From Nitrososphaerota archaeon (GTDB taxonomy: Archaea; Thermoproteota; Nitrososphaeria; Nitrososphaerales; Nitrosopumilaceae), in assembly GCA_018668425.1 (NCBI GenBank), contig JABJDB010000112.1:1-48493 (forward strand): a stretch of DNA of 48,493 nucleotides. Reading direction: 5' to 3'. Positions 46,938 to 48,493 of this stretch are shown piece after piece. Positions within the stretch are counted from its first letter, which is position 1. The number at the start of each line of letters is the position of its first letter. The notes below the pieces were generated by a model. It saw only the letters and a program-made list of their open reading frames with translations. It was not told where the DNA came from and searched no databases. The position numbers and the translations under genes were made by a program.

Positions 46938-48398
46938 TTGCCCTATAAAGTAAGTCATGGTAAAGCAGTGCAAGTAACATACTCATCAGATGAAGTTTTC
47001 TCCAGAATTAAACACGAAGGAATTCAATTCATCGATTTACAATTTACAGGTCTTACTGGTCATTTCCATCATACCACAATTTCTGCTGATACGTTTACAC
47101 CTGATCAAATGAAAGATGGATTACCAAAATTAGATGGTTCATCAATTATCGGATTTACTAGTATTCAAGATTCAGATTTACTCTTAAAACCAGATCCAAA
47201 CACATTTGCAATTATTCCTTGGTTAACTGAAAACAAAACAGCAAGATTGCTCTGTGATGTGTATTGGGGAGGGAACCGAGGAAGACTAGAAAGTGATCCT
47301 AGAGGAATTTCTCAAAAAGCTGAAGAATACATCAAAACTCAAGGATTTGATTTTAGTACATGGGGTCCAGAAGTAGAATTTTTTGTTTTTGATAAAGTTC
47401 ATTGGGATGTTCTAACACCGTACAAAGGACAATCATATTCTATTGAATCAAAAGAAGCTCCATGGAGTAATGATGGTGATGGATATCCAATGGGGTTACA
47501 AGAAGGATACTATCCAAGTACTCCAGCTGACACTTTAACTCCTTACAGAAATGAATGTGTAAATATTCTAAACAAGAATTTCGGAATTTTGTGTGATAAT
47601 CACCACCACGAAGTTGCAACTGCAGGACAATGTGAAATTGATATCAAATATGATTACATGACTAATGCTGCAGACGCTGCACAGTCATACAAGTATGTAA
47701 TTCGAAATGTTGCACAAAAGTATGGTAAAGTTGCAACAATGATGCCAAAACCAATTGCAATGGATTCAGGTTCTGGCATGCATGTTAATGTAAGTTTGTG
47801 GAAAGGAAAAGAAAATCAATTCTTTGATCCGGATGATGAAATTGAATTAAGTCAATTAGGACGATATTTTTGTGGTGGTATTATTAATCACGCAAAAGCA
47901 TTATCTGCAATTTGTAATCCAACTACAAACTCTTACCATAGATTAGTTCCAGGATATGAAGCTCCTGCATATATTGCATGGAGTTCAGGAAATCGTTCTG
48001 CAATAGTTAGAGTTCCAAATCACCTTACAGGAGAAAAATACGCTAATCTCAAAAGATTAGAGTTTAGAGCACCTGATCCATCATCAAACCCATATCTTGT
48101 ATTTGCAGCAGTAACTGCAGCAGGTCTTGATGGAGTAAAGAAGAAAATGGATCCTGGAGATGAAGTTCGTGATGATATTTTCAAGATGACAAAATCAGAT
48201 AGAGCTAAAAGAGGTATTGGTGTTTTGCCAAGAAATCTTAGTGAAGCATTAGATGAATTAGAAAGTGATAGAAAGTTCCTTAACCCAATTTACACAAATA
48301 ATGTAATTGATAAAATTATAGAATTAGAAAGAAGAGATCAACGTGAAATTGCCATTAGACCGCATCCACATGAATTTTATCTATACTTTGATGTCTAA
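46938..48398 (+). CDS. glnA: Glutamine synthetase type I (probable housekeeping copy)
   Basis: DGSS, GPEVEF, HHEVA, MPKP..DSGSGMH, PGYEAP, NRS and EFRAPD. TTG 46938 preferred over the track start at 46908. Confidence 0.93.
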   Translation: MPYKVSHGKAVQVTYSSDEVFSRIKHEGIQFIDLQFTGLTGHFHHTTISADTFTPDQMKDGLPKLDGSSIIGFTSIQDSDLLLKPDPNTFAIIPWLTENKTARLLCDVYWGGNRGRLESDPRGISQKAEEYIKTQGFDFSTWGPEVEFFVFDKVHWDVLTPYKGQSYSIESKEAPWSNDGDGYPMGLQEGYYPSTPADTLTPYRNECVNILNKNFGILCDNHHHEVATAGQCEIDIKYDYMTNAADAAQSYKYVIRNVAQKYGKVATMMPKPIAMDSGSGMHVNVSLWKGKENQFFDPDDEIELSQLGRYFCGGIINHAKALSAICNPTTNSYHRLVPGYEAPAYIAWSSGNRSAIVRVPNHLTGEKYANLKRLEFRAPDPSSNPYLVFAAVTAAGLDGVKKKMDPGDEVRDDIFKMTKSDRAKRGIGVLPRNLSEALDELESDRKFLNPIYTNNVIDKIIELERRDQREIAIRPHPHEFYLYFDV

Positions 48399-48493
48399 AC
48401 TCTTCCAGTAAGCTGAAAGATAAAATACAATGAAACTGTCATTAAAGTAAATCCTACACCAAGAAATATTAGTCGATTTTTCTCAGATGTTGC
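48395..48493 (-). CDS. 3' end of a membrane protein; gene starts outside the window
   Basis: Open frame ATSEKNRLIFLGVGFTLMTVSLYFIFQLTGRV*, with the stop overlapping the glnA stop. Confidence 0.5.
   Translation of the reverse strand, partial: ATSEKNRLIFLGVGFTLMTVSLYFIFQLTGRV

Overview
AT-rich, gene-dense archaeal chromosome segment. Gene content points to an ammonia-oxidising thaumarchaeon of the Nitrosopumilus type (inference): PCNA, TFS, RpoL, GINS, archaeal CCA enzyme, BluB/CobJ, a PEF-CTERM surface protein, a cupredoxin, Amt and two PII proteins. It holds about 60 CDS, including seven complete small ORFs read by eye that the ORF track missed, and three tRNAs: Val-GAC, Pro-GGG and Arg-CCT, the last with an apparent D-loop intron. 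I found no CRISPR array, transposase or integrase. Two blocks stand out. (1) 31.9-36.7 kb: a second glutamine synthetase, a KamA-family radical-SAM aminomutase whose lysine-binding Asp residues align to Arg/Ser, and a divergent MscS channel. Together they form a candidate beta-glutamate/beta-glutamine osmolyte system. (2) 23.8-28.6 kb: a nitrogen-sensing block with a receptor nucleotide cyclase, Amt, a non-canonical PII, two translationally coupled single-TM micro-proteins, a PII fused to a ribbon-helix-helix-like domain, and a phased palindrome array in the amt/PII promoter. All calls rest on motif recognition by eye, with no database searches.
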